This document shows, in pieces, positions 55,030 to 64,000 of a stretch of 64,000 nucleotides of DNA. Source of the stretch: Acutalibacteraceae bacterium (GTDB lineage: Bacteria > Bacillota > Clostridia > Oscillospirales > CAG-272). The stretch is taken from NCBI GenBank assembly GCA_963618495.1, contig CAVESF010000002.1:25231-89230 (forward strand), in the 5' to 3' direction. The position numbers and the translations under genes were made by a program. Position 1 is the stretch's first letter. Every line of letters starts with the position of its first letter. The notes under the pieces were generated by a model. The model worked only from the letters and a program-made list of their open reading frames with translations. It did no database searches and was not told where the DNA came from.

Positions 55030-55300
55030 TTATCTGACGGAAGAGATGTCAATAATGCTTATATTTTCATCATGCCAGCGAACAGACTAAATCCATGCCC
55101 GCGCCACCCATTATCCAGCGGGAGTACATGCCGCCAGTGGTTTTCAAGAAGGACGATGCGAGTCCTCCTTGCTGACTTTTGGTATACTCCGTCTCGGCGA
55201 CGCCGTTCAGAGGCGGCTTCGCTGCCCTGAAACTTCCTCTTGGTCACGCAAAAAGTACGAGAGAAGAAAAGTCTTTTTACCTTACTTGAAAGCGCGATAA
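55030..55300. repeat. Non-coding element between the coaD terminator and Pmra; shares permuted blocks with 3673-3913
   Basis: Shared blocks are 55187-55205 (19/19 with the reverse complement of 3717-3735), 55243-55271 (about 26/29 with the reverse complement of 3864-3887) and 55069-55098 (about 22/30 with the reverse complement of 3736-3767). Internal hairpins include AAGGAGGACtcgcatcGTCCTTCTT and GGAGTA...TACTCC. It is flanked by terminator-like hairpins on both sides. Confidence 0.55.
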
Positions 55301-55320
55301 AACAATATCTGCCGAAACGC

Positions 55321-55356
55321 AAAAAAGGCGGGGAAAAGCCAAGCTTTTTCCAGCCT
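55321..55356 (-). terminator. Rho-independent terminator after coaD
   Basis: Minus-strand sense reads GGCTGGAAAAAGcttggCTTTTCCCCGCC followed by TTTTTT. The stem is 10/12 paired. Confidence 0.6.
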
Positions 55357-55368
55357 TTTAAAATAAAA

Positions 55369-55860
55369 TCAATACTTTTCCCCGAGCTTTGCGGCGATGA
55401 TGCCTTTTGCGCCATCGGGGATATATTCCGAGTACGGCTTGCCGCAACGCACAAGCTCGCGGACGAGCGTGGAGCTGACATGAAGCACCTCGGGAGAGGA
55501 GAACATGAGCATTGTCTCTATACCAGATATGGCTCTGTTTGCCCGAGCCATATTCTCTTCATATGCATAATCCGAGAGGTTGCGCACGCCCTTGAGTATG
55601 GCGCAGGCGCCGAGCTTCTTTGCGAAATCCGCGATGAGTCCATCGCCTTTTACCACGCGGACATTTGCCATATCCGATGTGGCGGCGGCTACCGCAGAGA
55701 GACGAACATCCTCATCGAGCATGATTTTTTTCGCGGGATTTGTATAGACCGCGATGACCACTTCATCGAAAATCTCAGCCGCTCTTCTTATTATATCGAG
55801 ATGCCCTGTCGTAATCGGGTCAAATGTGCCCGCTGTCAAAACGGTTCTTTCCATTTTCAT
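55369..55860 (-). CDS. coaD: Phosphopantetheine adenylyltransferase
   Basis: GTFDPITTGHLDII (T/H-x-G-H) and ISSTLVRE-like SSTLVRELV; 163 aa. Confidence 0.95.
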   Translation of the reverse strand: MKMERTVLTAGTFDPITTGHLDIIRRAAEIFDEVVIAVYTNPAKKIMLDEDVRLSAVAAATSDMANVRVVKGDGLIADFAKKLGACAILKGVRNLSDYAYEENMARANRAISGIETMLMFSSPEVLHVSSTLVRELVRCGKPYSEYIPDGAKGIIAAKLGEKY

Positions 55861-56423
55861 TCCTCCGCTTTCGGTTTAAGATAAGTTATATGGACTCTGC
55901 CGTATTTTACGCTTTTTACTTTCTCATAGCGTGCGGCGAGCATCACATTTTCTTCGATGTCAAGCGGCTTTTCATCCTCGCAGATAACCGTTCCGCCATC
56001 GTTTATCATGTCTGCGTCATAGAGTGCCGTGAGAATCTCCGGCAGCAGGCGCATGGCATACGGCGGGTCGAGATAGATATAATCAAAACTGCTTCTTCCG
56101 CCTGCCGCCTTGATATACGCTTTCCAATCCATACAGAGCACATTCGTTTTCGGATAGAGTTTTGTTTTCTTGGCATTTTCCGTCACTATATTTATGGCAT
56201 CGCGCGAGGCGTCTACAAGCGTTGCCTTTTCCGCACCGCGGCTGAGCGCTTCCAGCCCTATCTGTCCCGAACCCGCGAAAAGATCGAGCATCGTTTTTCC
56301 CTCTATATCAAACTGAATCGAGCTGAAAACAGCTTCTTTCACTCTCTCGGGGGTCGGTCTTGTATCCTCGCCCTCGAGCGTTTTCAGATTTATGCCTCGT
56401 GCGCTTCCTGTGATTATTCTCAT
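55857..56423 (-). CDS. rsmD: 16S rRNA (guanine966-N2)-methyltransferase RsmD
   Basis: MRIITGSARG, LDLFAGSGQIGLEALSRGA, LDPPY. Confidence 0.9.
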   Translation of the reverse strand: MRIITGSARGINLKTLEGEDTRPTPERVKEAVFSSIQFDIEGKTMLDLFAGSGQIGLEALSRGAEKATLVDASRDAINIVTENAKKTKLYPKTNVLCMDWKAYIKAAGGRSSFDYIYLDPPYAMRLLPEILTALYDADMINDGGTVICEDEKPLDIEENVMLAARYEKVKSVKYGRVHITYLKPKAEE

Positions 56424-58273
56424 TTTTTATTCCTTTCGCCTTTGTCAAAGTATGTTGTTATTCTTTCGGCTATTTCGGGTGTTATTCCCTTGACTGCGGC
56501 AAGCTCTTCGGCACTCGCTTTCTTTACGCCCGCAAGCCCGCCGAAATGCGAGAGCAGGGCTTTTGCCTTTGCCGCGCCTATGCCGTCTATCTTCTCGAGG
56601 ACAGAGGTTGTTTCTTTCTTCCGCTTTGCCCGCGTCATGCTCGAAACGGTGAAGCGGTGAACCTCCTCCTGAATCTTGTATATCAGCATGAAAACCGCCT
56701 GCTCCGCGGCGATGGAGACCTCGCCGTATTCGCCCACGAGCGCACGCGTCTTGTGGTGTTCGTCCTTTACCATACCGAGCACGGGAATGTTTATTCCCAT
56801 TTCGCGCATGAGCGCCTGTATTACGAGAACGTGATTCTTGCCGCCGTCGAGCAGTATCAGGTCGGGCGCTCTTGCGCCCTCATCGGAGAGATGCGCGAGC
56901 CTGCGCGAGAGGGATTCTCTCATGGAGCCGTAATCATCCTGCCCGTCGGTCGAGCGTATCTTATAGAGCCTGTATTCACTCCTTTTCGGCTTTGCGTTTT
57001 CAAAAACGACCATGCCTGCCGTTATATTTTCGTTTCCGTAGTTTGATATATCAAAAGCCTCTATGCGCTCCGGCAGAACCTCAAGCGCACAGAGGGAAGC
57101 GAGCCTTGCAAGCGATTTTTCCGTCTGCTCACTGCTTTTTCTGTATTCGTTCGCCCTCGTCTCGGCATTCTGCTTGACGGTCAGACAGAATTTATGAAGC
57201 TCGCCTCTGCGCGATATCTTCAGCCTGACCGCCGCGCCCGCCTTTTCGCGGAGCCAGTTTTCCGCTGTCTGCCGTTCTTCCTCTGCTATCTCGTCGGCAA
57301 GAGTTATCTCGCGCGGGATATAATCTCGCGCACTGTAGAGTTCATATATAAAAGAGCATATTGCGGCGTCATCGAAAATTTCACCGCCCGAGAAAAGGAA
57401 GCTTTGTGAATCTATCAGCTTGCCAGAGCGGACATAGAAAACGCATATGGCGCATATATCATCGCCAGCATACCAGCCGATGATATCTCGGTCGATATCG
57501 GGAGAGCAGATAACGCGCTGCTTTTCGCTCAGGCGCTTTATCGCCGCTATCCTGTCGCGGTAGTTTGCCGCCGCCTCAAACATCAGATTTTCCGAGGCAT
57601 AGTTCATTTTTTCCGTGAGCGCAGAGATTATGTCATCCTCGTTTCCGTCGAGAAACGATATCGCTTCAAGAAATCTTGCGCGGTATTCCTCCGCCGTCAC
57701 GCTCTCCTCGCATGGCGCGATGCACCCCATGCGGCGATAGAGGCAATGCTTTACCTTGCCCTTGTCCCTTGGGAAATGCTTCTCGCAATAGGGAAGCCCG
57801 AATGTTTTGCGCAGTGCCGAGATGACGGAATAAACCGTATTTGCGCCCGAATACGGACCGTAGTATTTGTTTTTGCCTGCCTCGCGCTTGCGCGACATTA
57901 TGAGCCGCGGATATTCCTCGCCGAGCGTAGCGACGAGATAGGGATACGATTTGTCATCCTTGAGCAGGATATTGTATCGAGGGCTATAGAGTTTTATCAG
58001 GCTGTTTTCCAGCGTGAGCGCCTCCATCTCCGTATCGCAGATGATGTAATCGAAATCGTATACATTGTGCGTCATGGCGTCGGTTTTGCTATTGAAATTA
58101 TTGTCGTGGAAATACTGCGAGACCCTGTTTTTGAGCGCGCGGCTTTTGCCGACATATATGACCTTGCCGGAGGAATTTTTCATTATATATACGCCGTGGC
58201 AGAGCGGCAGATTGCCTGCCTTTTCCCGCAGCCTTTTTGCGTATTCTTGACGTACCGTGAAAATCCCTCCCAT
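56420..58273 (-). CDS. uvrC: Excinuclease ABC subunit C
   Basis: GIY-YIG (HGVYIMKNSSGKVIYVGKSRALKNRVSQYF), the UVR domain, the RNase H-like endonuclease region, and C-terminal (HhH)2 (IDGIGAAKAKALLSHFGGLAGVKKASAEELAAVKGI). I chose the start at M42 of the track ORF (58273). The longer form would overlap the HPr gene, and M25 (58324) is also possible. Confidence 0.9.
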   Translation of the reverse strand: MGGIFTVRQEYAKRLREKAGNLPLCHGVYIMKNSSGKVIYVGKSRALKNRVSQYFHDNNFNSKTDAMTHNVYDFDYIICDTEMEALTLENSLIKLYSPRYNILLKDDKSYPYLVATLGEEYPRLIMSRKREAGKNKYYGPYSGANTVYSVISALRKTFGLPYCEKHFPRDKGKVKHCLYRRMGCIAPCEESVTAEEYRARFLEAISFLDGNEDDIISALTEKMNYASENLMFEAAANYRDRIAAIKRLSEKQRVICSPDIDRDIIGWYAGDDICAICVFYVRSGKLIDSQSFLFSGGEIFDDAAICSFIYELYSARDYIPREITLADEIAEEERQTAENWLREKAGAAVRLKISRRGELHKFCLTVKQNAETRANEYRKSSEQTEKSLARLASLCALEVLPERIEAFDISNYGNENITAGMVVFENAKPKRSEYRLYKIRSTDGQDDYGSMRESLSRRLAHLSDEGARAPDLILLDGGKNHVLVIQALMREMGINIPVLGMVKDEHHKTRALVGEYGEVSIAAEQAVFMLIYKIQEEVHRFTVSSMTRAKRKKETTSVLEKIDGIGAAKAKALLSHFGGLAGVKKASAEELAAVKGITPEIAERITTYFDKGERNKK

Positions 58274-58358
58274 CGGAAAATCGATTTGCAGACAAAAGAC
58301 GGCAGACGGTTCAAAACGAGCCATCTGCCGCCTGTCATTCACTTCGTTAACTTTAGGC

Positions 58359-58616
58359 TCACTCGGTCGTGCGGAGAATCTCCTCAAGACCGTCAAGTGC
58401 CTCCGCCTCGTCGGGACCGTCGGCGACGAGAGTTATCGTGGCGTCTCCGGAAATAGCCATGGCGAGCACACCCAAAAGACTTTTTGCGCTGGAACGCTTG
58501 TCTCCGTCCTGAATCCATATAGAGCTTTTATACGAATTTGCTTTCTGAATGAAAAACATTGCAGGTCTTGCATGCAGACCTACGCTACTTTTTACTACTA
58601 CTTCTCTTGAAATCAT
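58359..58616 (-). CDS. ptsH: HPr family phosphocarrier protein
   Basis: VGLHARPA (His15) and SAKSLLGVLAM (Ser46); 85 aa. Confidence 0.9.
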   Translation of the reverse strand: MISREVVVKSSVGLHARPAMFFIQKANSYKSSIWIQDGDKRSSAKSLLGVLAMAISGDATITLVADGPDEAEALDGLEEILRTTE

Positions 58617-58684
58617 GTGCCGCTCCTGTGCTTTTATCGGGGATAATGCGAAAATATGCCGTTATTTCCCTTTGACTAAATGAT

Positions 58685-58713
58685 ATTATACCAAGTTATT
58701 TGCATAAAATCAA
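58685..58713 (-). promoter_or_regulatory. Putative sigma-A promoter of the HPr-uvrC unit
   Basis: Minus-strand sense reads TTGATT, 17-nt spacer, TGgTATAAT (extended -10). Confidence 0.6.
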
Positions 58714-58769
58714 TAGTTTTGAGTAAATTTTCCTGTGAAAAATGTAAAAAATACGTTTTTCCGCCTCTG

Positions 58770-59264
58770 CTATTCGGCTTTTTCTATTGAATCTACCGTT
58801 ATTTCCACAGCCGCGCCGTTTCCGGTCAGCGGGTTGAGTATATAAACCGATATGGTGGAACCTACCGATATCTTTGTTTTGCCATCGATGAAAAAGCCTG
58901 TTTCGGAGGAAATGCCCGCAAATTTTATCTTGCCGCGCAGGTTTTTCCTGCCGAGAGGATTGTTATGAGGTCCGGCGACGCCGTCCTCCTCGATATAGAC
59001 CTGATTTGATTCGGTTTCGGCTGATACTATTTCGCCTATGAGAGCATCGTTTTCAGCAAGGTATACATTGCCCTTGCTTGCGCTTGCCGCGGTATTGTCC
59101 ATGATATCGTATACGGTGAAGTTCACTATTATCTGCTCGCTGACATCGTCGCGCTTGTCGAAATACGCGACTTTGAGCACCACTGCGGCAATGCACGCGA
59201 TGACGGCGAGTATTATTATGATATCAAATATATTGAATCTGACCTTGTTTTTGTTGTCGCTCAC
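58770..59264 (-). CDS. DUF4330-like membrane-anchored protein
   Basis: N-terminus is KVRFNIFDIIIILAVIACIAAVVLKV followed by a beta-rich body. It is a tandem paralogue of 59284-59781. Confidence 0.55.
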   Translation of the reverse strand: MSDNKNKVRFNIFDIIIILAVIACIAAVVLKVAYFDKRDDVSEQIIVNFTVYDIMDNTAASASKGNVYLAENDALIGEIVSAETESNQVYIEEDGVAGPHNNPLGRKNLRGKIKFAGISSETGFFIDGKTKISVGSTISVYILNPLTGNGAAVEITVDSIEKAE

Positions 59265-59283
59265 TTTGCATTCCTCCTTTTGC

Positions 59284-59781
59284 TCAGCTCTTTATCTCAA
59301 AGCGCGTGCAGTAGCCCACGCGGTTCAGATATCCGGATGAAAAATAAATCCGCGAGCCTACGAGGATTCTTGTGCTTCCTATGTTGCAGAAGCCTGTTTC
59401 GTCGACTGTCGCGCTGTCGCATACAATGGTGACATACGCATCGTATATATCGCTGTAGGCATAGACGGGAATATTGCCGTTTTCATCAGCCTTGCTGTCA
59501 AAATACTGCGTCGGCTCCCATCTGATATTCGATATATAGCCGAGCGAAGTGCCTGTTGCGGAATCAAATACCTCGCTTCCCGCAGTCAGGGCAGAGAGGT
59601 ATTCCTCTTTCACAGCCGACAGCTTGACGGAATATTCCACGGTTCTCGGATCATTCTGCGATTGTACATTGCCGTTTTGCAGGAGTATCAGATATGTTAC
59701 CGCCGCCGCAACGGAAAGTATCAGTATTATTATTACCACATCCACAAAGCCAAAACGAGCCTTTTGCTTTTTGTTGTCCAT
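59284..59781 (-). CDS. DUF4330-like membrane-anchored protein
   Basis: N-terminus is KARFGFVDVVIIILILSVAAAVTYLIL. It has the same size and architecture as its neighbour. Confidence 0.55.
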   Translation of the reverse strand: MDNKKQKARFGFVDVVIIILILSVAAAVTYLILLQNGNVQSQNDPRTVEYSVKLSAVKEEYLSALTAGSEVFDSATGTSLGYISNIRWEPTQYFDSKADENGNIPVYAYSDIYDAYVTIVCDSATVDETGFCNIGSTRILVGSRIYFSSGYLNRVGYCTRFEIKS

Positions 59782-59818
59782 TTCAGTACCTTGCCCTTTC
59801 AGAATATTTTGCAGTCAG

Positions 59819-61729
59819 TTATATTTCGGAAAAATAGTGCTCCGTAGCTTCCTTCATCTTTGCCGCGGCAAAATCCGTATACGAAACGGCAAGCCCGACT
59901 GTCATCCAGAAGAAAAGGAATACTCTGTAGTTATAGAAAACGAAGTCTGTCAGCCCCTGGAAAAGGAATGCGAAGATTCCCGTAAAGAGCGCCAGACACA
60001 TCATCTTTTCATTTATCGTGGTGCAGCTCCGCAGATAGGAGAAGCAGCGCGACGCGAGGAAAAGCATAAATATGAGGAAGAACACCAGTGCGAATATGCC
60101 CATTTCCACCGTCAGCTGGAGATAGAGGCTGTGGCTGTGATACGCGACCTCGGCGCCGCCTATGGAATATACTGGATAAACCGAGGAGAAAGCCTGCTCG
60201 CCTATTCCTATGCCGGATATGAGATTGTCCCGTATCAGGGAAAGCGAGCCGCGCCATATATTGAGCCTGTAGGAGGTTGAGGAATCGGAGAAATTCGTGA
60301 ACCTGTCGAATACCGCGGTATCCTTTGCGAAAACGAGCAGGGAAGCGAGCGGAGATGCGATTATCAGCGCCGCGAAAATCTTTCTGCTTGCTATCAGGGC
60401 AAAAACGAAAAGCGAAACGGCAAAGCCGAGCCATGCCCCGCGCGACCATGTCAGTATCAGGCAGGAGCATCCGAGCAGAGCCGATATCGCACAGGCAAAT
60501 CGCCTGCGCGGGCTTGATTCGCTGCTCTGCGCTGCAAAGGCGAAAGCAAACGCCATCGGCACGGTCATTATCAGAAATTCTCCGAGTACATTCGGGTTTT
60601 CAAAGGTGGAGACCGCACGCCCGCGGATATAATCGAAGGTGCCCGTGTCGAGCCAGCCGAGCGTAGGCGTTCCGATGAAGTATTCGCCTATGCCGATAAG
60701 CGAAACGAGCCCGAGCGAAACGATACAGCAGGAAATTGCACGGGTGAGCATTTTCTGCGAGCAGATGAGGTTTCTCACAATGAAGTACATCGAAATAAGA
60801 CAAATGTATAAGAGCATTTTCTTCATGCTCGAGCTTCTGTCCACGGAGTTTATACCGCCGAGGAAGAAGAAAACCGCCAGCATCACCACGGGGATATCGG
60901 CAAGCGCAAGCTTCATCACGCGCTTGCCGCGTATCAGCTTCACGAAAAACGATATGGCGATGAGGATGACCATCGCCGCGAGAGCCATTGTTTTCATAAA
61001 TGGGAGCAGGAGAAAAATGAGAAGCACGCCCGCCTCGGGATAAGTCATGACGAATATCGCAAAGGCGAGGAGCGCCGCCGCCGCAACTATATAGAGCGGA
61101 CGGACAAATATTGTGCAGAGACCGAGAATCATGCCGAGCATGAACATTATGTTTGTGGCACCGCGTCCCTCTTCGGATTCCTCATGAGCTTTCGCTCTTC
61201 TTATGCCGAGGAAATCGTTTATCAGAAAAGAGAAGAATCTGCTTCTCGTGAATGCCTGTGAAACCGAAAGCTTCGATGAAAAGAAGCAGACGGAGAGGAG
61301 CAGGAAAGCCGCGCCTGTCGCAGGATCGATGAAATTGCGCTCATAATCGAATGCGACCGCTTTCATTATATATATAACAGAGCTGTAAAGTCCGAACGAA
61401 GCGGAAAATACGCCGAATACCGAAAGCGGCGCCGAGAGGAACATGGTACTCAGCCTTGAAAAGAAGCCGAGGAGCACGCTCTGCTCTATTTCTCTTGCCG
61501 CGCGTTGCTTTGCGCCGCGCATGGAAAATTTCTTTGCAGCCTTTTTATAGAGCGAGGCGGCAAAAGAATTTCTTGCGGCTTCCTCTGCGGCATCGTATGA
61601 TGTCATCAGAAAAGCGAAAACGCTCTTGAGAATCCTGCTGTAAATAAAAGAAGCGAACCGCATGACATATGTCACGATAAAGCTGTCCCTTATGCGGACG
61701 GCTTTTTTCTTCTTTTTCTGTACCGTCAT
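59819..61729 (-). CDS. O-antigen ligase (Wzy_C) family polytopic membrane protein
   Basis: More than 10 TM helices and a central TWSRGAWLGFAVSLFVFALI segment typical of PF04932. Its start overlaps the murJ stop by 1 nt (TGATG). Confidence 0.7.
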   Translation of the reverse strand: MTVQKKKKKAVRIRDSFIVTYVMRFASFIYSRILKSVFAFLMTSYDAAEEAARNSFAASLYKKAAKKFSMRGAKQRAAREIEQSVLLGFFSRLSTMFLSAPLSVFGVFSASFGLYSSVIYIMKAVAFDYERNFIDPATGAAFLLLSVCFFSSKLSVSQAFTRSRFFSFLINDFLGIRRAKAHEESEEGRGATNIMFMLGMILGLCTIFVRPLYIVAAAALLAFAIFVMTYPEAGVLLIFLLLPFMKTMALAAMVILIAISFFVKLIRGKRVMKLALADIPVVMLAVFFFLGGINSVDRSSSMKKMLLYICLISMYFIVRNLICSQKMLTRAISCCIVSLGLVSLIGIGEYFIGTPTLGWLDTGTFDYIRGRAVSTFENPNVLGEFLIMTVPMAFAFAFAAQSSESSPRRRFACAISALLGCSCLILTWSRGAWLGFAVSLFVFALIASRKIFAALIIASPLASLLVFAKDTAVFDRFTNFSDSSTSYRLNIWRGSLSLIRDNLISGIGIGEQAFSSVYPVYSIGGAEVAYHSHSLYLQLTVEMGIFALVFFLIFMLFLASRCFSYLRSCTTINEKMMCLALFTGIFAFLFQGLTDFVFYNYRVFLFFWMTVGLAVSYTDFAAAKMKEATEHYFSEI

Positions 61730-63285
61730 CAGCTGTCCTCCCTTCTTGCTTTATGCCTTCTTTCCGGCAGAAGCCCGAAAAGATATATACATATTAAATA
61801 TACCACACTTCCTGCCAAAAAAACAATAGCAGAGACGAAGAAATTTTTAAAAAATGTGTTTTTTATCGCTATTTTTCCGACAAAAGCGTCGAGAAAGTAC
61901 ATAAATACGCCGCAGGCGAGTGCGGAGAATGCCGCTTTCGCCGTATCAAGCGCGGTGCGGCGCGTGAAAAATCCGTGCTTTATCGCCCCGCCGAAGAGCA
62001 GGACGAAAGCCGCGGCGACCTGCGCCGCGAGAAAAGAGAGCGGGAGCGAAACGATGCTTTTTCCCGTTATCGCGGAAAAAGCGGGATTTGCCGCTATGCA
62101 GACGATGACCGCCACCGTTGCCGCCACAGTCGGCAGGCGCACGATGCCTTTGGAATAAAATGCGCGTATGAGCGTTTCATATAGTGCAAAAAAAGGCATG
62201 GCAACGGCAAATACCGAGAAGAGCGAGGCACAGTCGGCGGCAAGCTCATGCGAGAAGTTTCCGCGCAGATAGATTAGCTCCACTATCCTCTGCGAAAGCA
62301 CGATACTGCCCGCCGAAAACGGCAGAACGAGAAGCAGAGAGCTTTTTATGCCGTTTTGCGTGAGCAGGCGGAAAGCTTCGCCGTTTTCCTCTCCGCTCAC
62401 ATCGGAGAGCTTCGGAAAAATGTAATTGCAGACGCCGTATGTCAGTATGCCCGAGACGATGATGAAAATATTGTACGCATAGTTGTATGCGCTGATGGCT
62501 CCCGCCGAGATGAAAGGCGCAAAAAATGTCGCCGCGAGCAGACTGCAGGGAAGAATCAGCGAGCCTGCCGTTATCGCGGGAGCCTTTTTCAGCGCCACGC
62601 GCATATCGGGATTTTTTATATCCGGTTTTCGGAATCGCAGAAGTCTCCTTGCCAGCGCGGGGATGGCAAGCGTTGCCGCCTGAACCGTCCACGAGAGCGT
62701 ATATACCGCGGAGAGGATGACGATGCCTTTTTCATCCGGAGTGCCGCGGAAAAGCATGAGCGTGATTATAAGCAGAAGATTCGATACGGATGAAGCCGCG
62801 GCGGGCAGGATGAAAAATCCGTAGGACTGGAGCACTCCTGCCGCGATATGCGCAAGCCCCGCAAAAAGCGATGCGGGAAGCATGATGCGCAGAAGTTTTG
62901 CCGCAAGCACGGCGGTTGCTTCGTCGAGAGCGGGGGATAGCAGAGCTATCACCTGCCGGGAAAAGACGATGCCGAGTGCCGAGGCAAGCGCTATCGCGAG
63001 CGAAACGGAGCAGATAAACGACGAGGAGAATTTCTCTGCGCGTTCGCCGCTCTCTCTTTTTGCCGCGCCGAATATCGGGATGAAGCACCCCGCTATGGCA
63101 GAGGCAAAGAGAATATCGAAAAGCGAGAGCGAAACGGATGATGCGGCAATAAAAGCCGAGGCTTCGACGCTCTCGGCAAAAACGGAGCCGAAAAGCATCT
63201 GGCGCACCATGCCGAGCAGCTTTGAAGCCGCCGTCACCGCCATCATCGCACCGACTGTTTTTACAGCGCCGCGGGCTTTTGCCAT
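61729..63285 (-). CDS. murJ: Lipid II flippase MurJ/MviN
   Basis: N-terminus is VKTVGAMMAVTAASKLLGMVRQMLFGSVFAESVEASAFIAA; 14-TM MOP family. Confidence 0.88.
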   Translation of the reverse strand: MAKARGAVKTVGAMMAVTAASKLLGMVRQMLFGSVFAESVEASAFIAASSVSLSLFDILFASAIAGCFIPIFGAAKRESGERAEKFSSSFICSVSLAIALASALGIVFSRQVIALLSPALDEATAVLAAKLLRIMLPASLFAGLAHIAAGVLQSYGFFILPAAASSVSNLLLIITLMLFRGTPDEKGIVILSAVYTLSWTVQAATLAIPALARRLLRFRKPDIKNPDMRVALKKAPAITAGSLILPCSLLAATFFAPFISAGAISAYNYAYNIFIIVSGILTYGVCNYIFPKLSDVSGEENGEAFRLLTQNGIKSSLLLVLPFSAGSIVLSQRIVELIYLRGNFSHELAADCASLFSVFAVAMPFFALYETLIRAFYSKGIVRLPTVAATVAVIVCIAANPAFSAITGKSIVSLPLSFLAAQVAAAFVLLFGGAIKHGFFTRRTALDTAKAAFSALACGVFMYFLDAFVGKIAIKNTFFKNFFVSAIVFLAGSVVYLICIYLFGLLPERRHKARREDS

Positions 63286-63381
63286 GCTTTTCGCCTCCCC
63301 TCAAAATATTTTATCGCTTGATTATTGACGTAAATATGATATTATATACAAATATATAAAACCGAAAATGCAGATGCCGCC

Positions 63382-64000
63382 TTACTTTTCTCCGAGCAGG
63401 TCGGGACGCACGCGGCGCGTTTTTTCGAGAGCCTTTTCCGCACGCCACTTTTCTATATTGGCATGATGACCGCTTATCAGCTCGTCGGGGACGAGCCTGC
63501 CGCGGAAATCATACGGGCGCGTATACTGCGGATATTCGAGAAGCCCGTCGGAGAAGCTCTCTTTCTCGTAGCATTCGAAATCGGAGAGTACGCCCGGCAC
63601 CAGCCTGCCGACGCAGTCCGCGAGGATGCACGCGGGAAGCTCGCCGCCCGTGAGAACATAGTCGCCGATGGAAATCTCCTCGTCTATTATCTCGTCGATT
63701 ATCCGCTGGTCTACGCCCTCGTAGTGACCGCAGAGAACGACGAGATTGTCATAGTCTGCGGCAAGCTCTGCCGCTTTCGCCTGCGTGAACACCTTGCCCT
63801 GCGGCGACATATATATCACGCGACGCCGCCCGCAGGAGTTGACCTCGGGATCCGTTATCGCCGTGAAGCAGTCGTATATCGGGACGGGACTCATGAGCAT
63901 GCCCTTGCCGCCGCCGTAGGGCGTATCGTCCACCCTGCGGTGCTTATCCTTGGAATAATCGCGGATATTGTGCGCGTGAACCTCGAGTATGCCCGCTTTC
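63382..64000 (-). CDS. trmD: tRNA (guanine37-N1)-methyltransferase TrmD (partial; N-terminus beyond window end)
   Basis: RVDDTPYGGGKGMLM, VLCGHYEGVDQRIID, SIGDYVLTGGELPA. The reading frame stays open upstream of the track's ATG up to position 64000 (..AGILEVHAHNIRDYSKDKHRR). Confidence 0.93.
   Translation of the reverse strand, partial: KAGILEVHAHNIRDYSKDKHRRVDDTPYGGGKGMLMSPVPIYDCFTAITDPEVNSCGRRRVIYMSPQGKVFTQAKAAELAADYDNLVVLCGHYEGVDQRIIDEIIDEEISIGDYVLTGGELPACILADCVGRLVPGVLSDFECYEKESFSDGLLEYPQYTRPYDFRGRLVPDELISGHHANIEKWRAEKALEKTRRVRPDLLGEK

Noticed and set aside
55059-55481. 140-aa minus-strand ORF covering the repeat element upstream of Pmra
   Set aside because: Its ATG lies inside coaD in another frame, and it runs through the coaD terminator hairpin. 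It is Arg/Ser-rich and has no RBS. The conserved blocks it covers are read in a different frame in the 3.7-kb copy. I treat it as non-coding repeat sequence, and the weak GFSLFA codon hint is recorded under findings.
58274-58396. 41-codon N-terminal extension of uvrC given in the ORF track
   Set aside because: The extension would overlap the 3' end of the HPr gene by 38 nt and precedes the conserved GIY-YIG N-terminus. The internal ATG at 58273 gives a normal-length UvrC of 618 aa.

Overview
This window looks like a chromosomal segment of a Clostridia-type Firmicute. Supporting signs are roughly 50-57% GC in hand-counted lines, TGn-extended -10 promoters, DUF421/DUF4363 genes, and a SpoVD-like PBP with PASTA domains. 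The right half is mostly core: a minus-strand dcw cluster (mraZ-rsmH-ftsL-pbp-murE-murF-mraY-ftsW-murG-ftsQ-ftsZ), then coaD-rsmD-uvrC-HPr, two DUF4330 genes, an O-antigen-ligase-like gene, murJ and a partial trmD. The left half carries envelope and housekeeping genes: YfhO, VanY, PgsA-like, hprK, yybS-gdpP, an ECF sigma / anti-sigma / DUF4358 / DHHW / MBOAT operon, PPIases, and ftsK through mltG and U32. The most accessory-looking stretch is about 23.3-28.8 kb. It holds a sigma-factor gene stump, an HTH-ADP-ribosylglycohydrolase fusion with a divergent XRE pair bracketed by two near-identical hairpins, and a low-GC two-gene island. In that island an EcoRI-family adenine methyltransferase overlaps a DUF262(ParB-like)-HNH nuclease gene by 11 nt, next to a decayed controller-type HTH stump. 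I rank this island as the best candidate for an undescribed R-M or defence module. Other points of interest are a 243-bp insert flanked by a duplicated 29-nt palindromic terminator, which shares permuted sequence blocks with the coaD-mraZ spacer. There is also a clear Pmra promoter with 3+3 GTGG boxes, and a cohesin surface protein with about a dozen CxxC repeats. I found no rRNA, tRNA or CRISPR array. All family assignments rest on motif recognition by eye; no database search was run.
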